DNA of 64,000 nucleotides. Source: Schizosaccharomyces osmophilus. Its lineage: Eukaryota. Of this stretch, positions 60,797-64,000 are shown in pieces (within the stretch, counting starts at the first letter, position 1; each line of letters begins with the position of its first letter). The DNA lies in assembly GCF_027921745.1 (NCBI RefSeq), contig NC_079238.1:1116001-1180000 (forward strand), given 5' to 3'. Position numbers and translations under genes: made by a program. The notes under the pieces were generated by a model. The model did not search any database. It had not been told where the DNA came from and worked only from the letters and a program-made list of their open reading frames with translations.

Positions 60797-61354
60797 ATGT
60801 CGAGCCCTAGAAGAAGAATTGAGACTGATGTTATGAAATTGCTGATGAGTGACTACGAGGTTACCCTCGTAAACGATAATATGCAAGAATTTTATGTTCG
60901 CTTTCATGGTCCTAACGAAACTCCATATGCAGAAGGAGTTTGGAAAATCCATGTAGAATTGCCAAGCGAGTATCCTTGGAGGTCTCCCAGTATCGGGTTT
61001 GTGAATCGAATCTTCCATCCAAACATCGACGAGCTTAGTGGAAGTGTTTGCTTAGACGTAATTAATCAGACTTGGTCTCCTATGTTTGATATGATTAACA
61101 TTTTTGAAGTTTTTCTTCCTCAATTGCTTCGCTACCCAAATGCTTCTGATCCTTTGAACGGGGAAGCTGCCGCATTGCTACTTCGCGAACCCCAAACTTT
61201 TACCAGTAAAGTGAAAGATTACATTCAAAGATATGCTAGCAAAGACCATGCAGATGCCTCTTTGGATGACTCTTCAGACAATGATTCCATGTCTTCCATC
61301 GAAACAGAGTCTGAAAATGAAGAAGTTACTGGTCAAATGGATGATGACTTATAA
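60797..61354 (+). CDS. ubc8: Ubiquitin-conjugating enzyme Ubc8 (UBE2H-like)
   Basis: [42 protein letters not shown], acidic tail. Confidence 0.95.
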   Translation: MSSPRRRIETDVMKLLMSDYEVTLVNDNMQEFYVRFHGPNETPYAEGVWKIHVELPSEYPWRSPSIGFVNRIFHPNIDELSGSVCLDVINQTWSPMFDMINIFEVFLPQLLRYPNASDPLNGEAAALLLREPQTFTSKVKDYIQRYASKDHADASLDDSSDNDSMSSIETESENEEVTGQMDDDL

Positions 61355-61570
61355 AGCACTTTTGATCCTTTGATGATATAATACAAATGAAAGCATCTTA
61401 TGAGAAATTGCTCTGACAAACCAAAATCAACTACAAATAGCTACCCGACATTATTGAAATTAAAATTGCTGTCACACAAAATCCACCCCTTATATTATTT
61501 TATGATAAAAGAAAAACGATCGTTGCAAAGAATTAGATTGATATGAGACATAACGATTGATGTTCATGAC

Positions 61571-63268
61571 TTAAACACCAAGTTGCAGCAAGAGCGCACT
61601 AACTGGACTATTATTAAGTGATGGATCATTTTCTTTCTCCCTGATATGTTGAATACACTGACTAACCAAAACGACTAATGCACAATTTTCGTCGCAAACT
61701 TCTTCATAATGAACTTTAGAAACTTCATTATAAATAGAAGCTAGTAAAGTTAAGAATTGTTTGTCACTAATAAACACCATTTTTGAGATATATCCAAACG
61801 CGTCAAGATGAAGACGTGCGTACCCTTGCATTTCAAGGTTTCCACTTTCCCCATATTCAATAACCTTTTCGCGAAGGACTTTGTATGAGGGTCGTATAAT
61901 ACCGTCGTAAAAATAATATTGAAGGCATGATAAAAACCATAATGTAAGCCATAAACTTTTCCAAGGATACCTGCCATTAGCATGGACAGACGACTTCCTT
62001 TGATAACTAAAGGACTTGATATCGATGATATTAACCTGCAATGCACCCAAAAACCCCCATAACCTAGAATAATCTCTCTGAGTGGTTGTATCAATAAACA
62101 TATTATAAGGCCATTGTAAGGAAATAGCGAGACAAATTGGAATCCCTTTGAAGCTTATATTTGGATTCATTAGCTCCGAAGACTTCGCCAAATGAAGAGA
62201 AGAGATGCAGTCTCCATACATTGAGTCTAAATCCAAGTCTGAAACTGTATTCCTCAAAACTATCGGGAAGTACTTTTCTGGATCTGAAATGGTTTGTTGT
62301 GAAGGATTTATGTCAAACTCGAGAAACCTTTTCAAAATTGTCGTTAAAACGCTTGTATCTTCATGTAACATCACCATTTCAAGCATCATTGTTAAATCCG
62401 CAAGTCGATGAGCAGACGCCATTTTAAATACAATATTTCTGGAGGCAAGAGCGTATAATTTGCCTACAATCTGCTTAATCGAAGATTGTGAAATTGGAAA
62501 ATCAAGAGATTTGGCCTTAGCATAAAATTGTTTCAAAAGATTCGCATATACATCAATAAGCAAAGACTTTGCCTTTAACATACAAAATCTCGTAAAAAGG
62601 GCATCCTTTGCAGATGCTAAATCCATAAAAGGCACCAAAACATGTCCACTGCCTTCGTAAGCTTCTGGCGAAACAGAAAGGTATCCGTAATCTTCCCGGA
62701 AATCAGTAACCAAATATTCGAGAAAATGATTGAGCCACACTTTTTGTAGGCAGACTTGGATCTCTATAATAAGTTGCTTGAAATTCAAACGAGATGACTG
62801 CATATAAAGTAACGTTAGGGAATGAAAGATAGAATATGCCGTCTGATATTGAAGTGCAGTTGCGGCTATTAGAAACAAATCTGGAAATGTATGCTTCCAT
62901 GAACTTAGATGGGCTTCAACTTGAGTCAAAGATACAAACTTTCCCGAACCAACAAATGAAGAATCTCTCGTTAAAATTTGCTGTTCCAAGTCGACAAGAT
63001 CTTCGTCAAATTTTCGAAGGACGTCCTCAGTAAACATGTACAAGGAACGATGAAATACATTATTTGGGTGATTTAAGGGGGAAATCGAAGGGTGCAAAAG
63101 TTTGGCGGTTTTTCGACGCTCAACAGCTAGAATACCAATTTCTTGTAATATATGGCGTTCTCCAGGATGTAAAGTATGAAGAGAAGGATGCAAAGTAACG
63201 ATTTCGTTGTCAACTAGGAACAGGCTAGAGTCATAGCCAGCAAGGAAGAGTAACAGTTCGTGTAACAT
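61571..63268 (-). CDS. gfh1: Gamma-tubulin complex subunit, GCP4-like
   Basis: MLHELLLFLAG start and LHPGER typical of GCP4; QWPYNMFI...YSRLWGFL and LQYYF...II.P GRIP2 motifs. Confidence 0.85.
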   Translation of the reverse strand: MLHELLLFLAGYDSSLFLVDNEIVTLHPSLHTLHPGERHILQEIGILAVERRKTAKLLHPSISPLNHPNNVFHRSLYMFTEDVLRKFDEDLVDLEQQILTRDSSFVGSGKFVSLTQVEAHLSSWKHTFPDLFLIAATALQYQTAYSIFHSLTLLYMQSSRLNFKQLIIEIQVCLQKVWLNHFLEYLVTDFREDYGYLSVSPEAYEGSGHVLVPFMDLASAKDALFTRFCMLKAKSLLIDVYANLLKQFYAKAKSLDFPISQSSIKQIVGKLYALASRNIVFKMASAHRLADLTMMLEMVMLHEDTSVLTTILKRFLEFDINPSQQTISDPEKYFPIVLRNTVSDLDLDSMYGDCISSLHLAKSSELMNPNISFKGIPICLAISLQWPYNMFIDTTTQRDYSRLWGFLGALQVNIIDIKSFSYQRKSSVHANGRYPWKSLWLTLWFLSCLQYYFYDGIIRPSYKVLREKVIEYGESGNLEMQGYARLHLDAFGYISKMVFISDKQFLTLLASIYNEVSKVHYEEVCDENCALVVLVSQCIQHIREKENDPSLNNSPVSALLLQLGV

Positions 63269-63562
63269 TTACCAGTAAAGAAAGACTGTAGACGACATCC
63301 GAATTAAATCTTTTTCAACAAATAGTTTATAGGAAAAGCAAAATCTCTTATACAAACCAGTGAACGCACAGAATATAAAATCCTTGGGAAGTGGGCTGTC
63401 TGAAGCGCGCTAAGTAACTAAAGTAACAAACGTAAATAAGAAAAATACTCAAATAGCTTGACGCTTATTATCCTGCTTTATGAATTGTCAATTCATTTTT
63501 TTTATAAATAAGTAAAAAACTGTATGCTTCTTGTTGATAAGCTCGTCCTATTCATCAAGTAT

Positions 63563-63964
63563 TCAATGGTTGGGAGGAGGAGGACCACAAGGCATGATCA
63601 TTTTTTCCAGCATTTGCTGACGAACTTGCGTCCTAGATTCACCCAATGCGGTCGACATATATGCGAGAAGCGGTGGATGTCCAACGATGGAAGACAACGC
63701 GTCTCTGTGTTGATTAACCATCCATTCGCTAGCCAAACGGCGTTAGTATAGAGTTTCATACTAAAATAAAGACAGCATAGTCTAGTCATTTTCAAACGGT
63801 ACTTACTATTTGGTGGTAGATGAATGACCTACACCGACGAATCGAGCTTGAAGTTGTTCCAATTTTGCTTGTGAGCGCAATCTATCAGCCTACAAATTTG
63901 GTTAGCTTCCATAAATCGACCATAACATTATATATGAAAAAAAAAACACGTTCTACCATACCAT
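63563..63964 (-). CDS. sap10: SF3b subunit 5 (SF3b10/Ysf3), 83 aa; exons 63964-63962, 63889-63807, 63728-63563 (not in ORF track)
   Basis: Spliced product M|ADRLRSQAKLEQLQARFVGVGHSSTTK|YEWMVNQHRDALSSIVGHPPLLAYMSTALGESRTQVRQQMLEKMIMPCGPPPPNH; two GT-AG introns with CTAAC branch sites. Confidence 0.93.
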
Positions 63965-64000
63965 AATAAAAATTCTTTGAAAATCGCGTTTCTGACAGGT

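Overview
Gene-dense, AT-rich fungal DNA with short GT-AG introns (CTRAY branch sites). Protein identities and gene order point to a fission yeast (Schizosaccharomyces) other than S. pombe, probably from the octosporus/cryophilus/osmophilus group; the species cannot be fixed from sequence alone. As I recall it, the gene order largely follows the S. pombe chromosome II stretch SPBC26H8/1677/1604/211. The window runs sec9, thi2, tda1, dpm3, csh3, mei3, egt1, ppr1, DUF4243-like gene, TPP carrier, pgi1, noc4, atp4, imp1, tRNA-Ser, rex4, tRNA-Leu, srb7, atp17, a 798-aa low-complexity protein, spc25, mrpl32, shk1, gpi16, G-patch gene, tti2, cmp7, trs85, tea2, pet117, uba1, mtr3, ubc8, gfh1, sap10. 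I rebuilt exon structures by hand and recovered two spliced genes absent from the ORF track (pet117, sap10). I found no CRISPR array, rDNA or intact transposon, and no proven new multi-gene system. Best leads: (1) the 798-aa 'orphan' has three motifs collinear with PRRC2/BAT2 proteins; (2) coupled uORFs just upstream of threonine deaminase; (3) a csh3-mei3 block placed head-to-head with egt1; (4) splicing oddities in pgi1, uba1, spc25 and cmp7; (5) a CGG/CCG motif cluster upstream of thi2. Comparisons to S. pombe are from memory and need checking.
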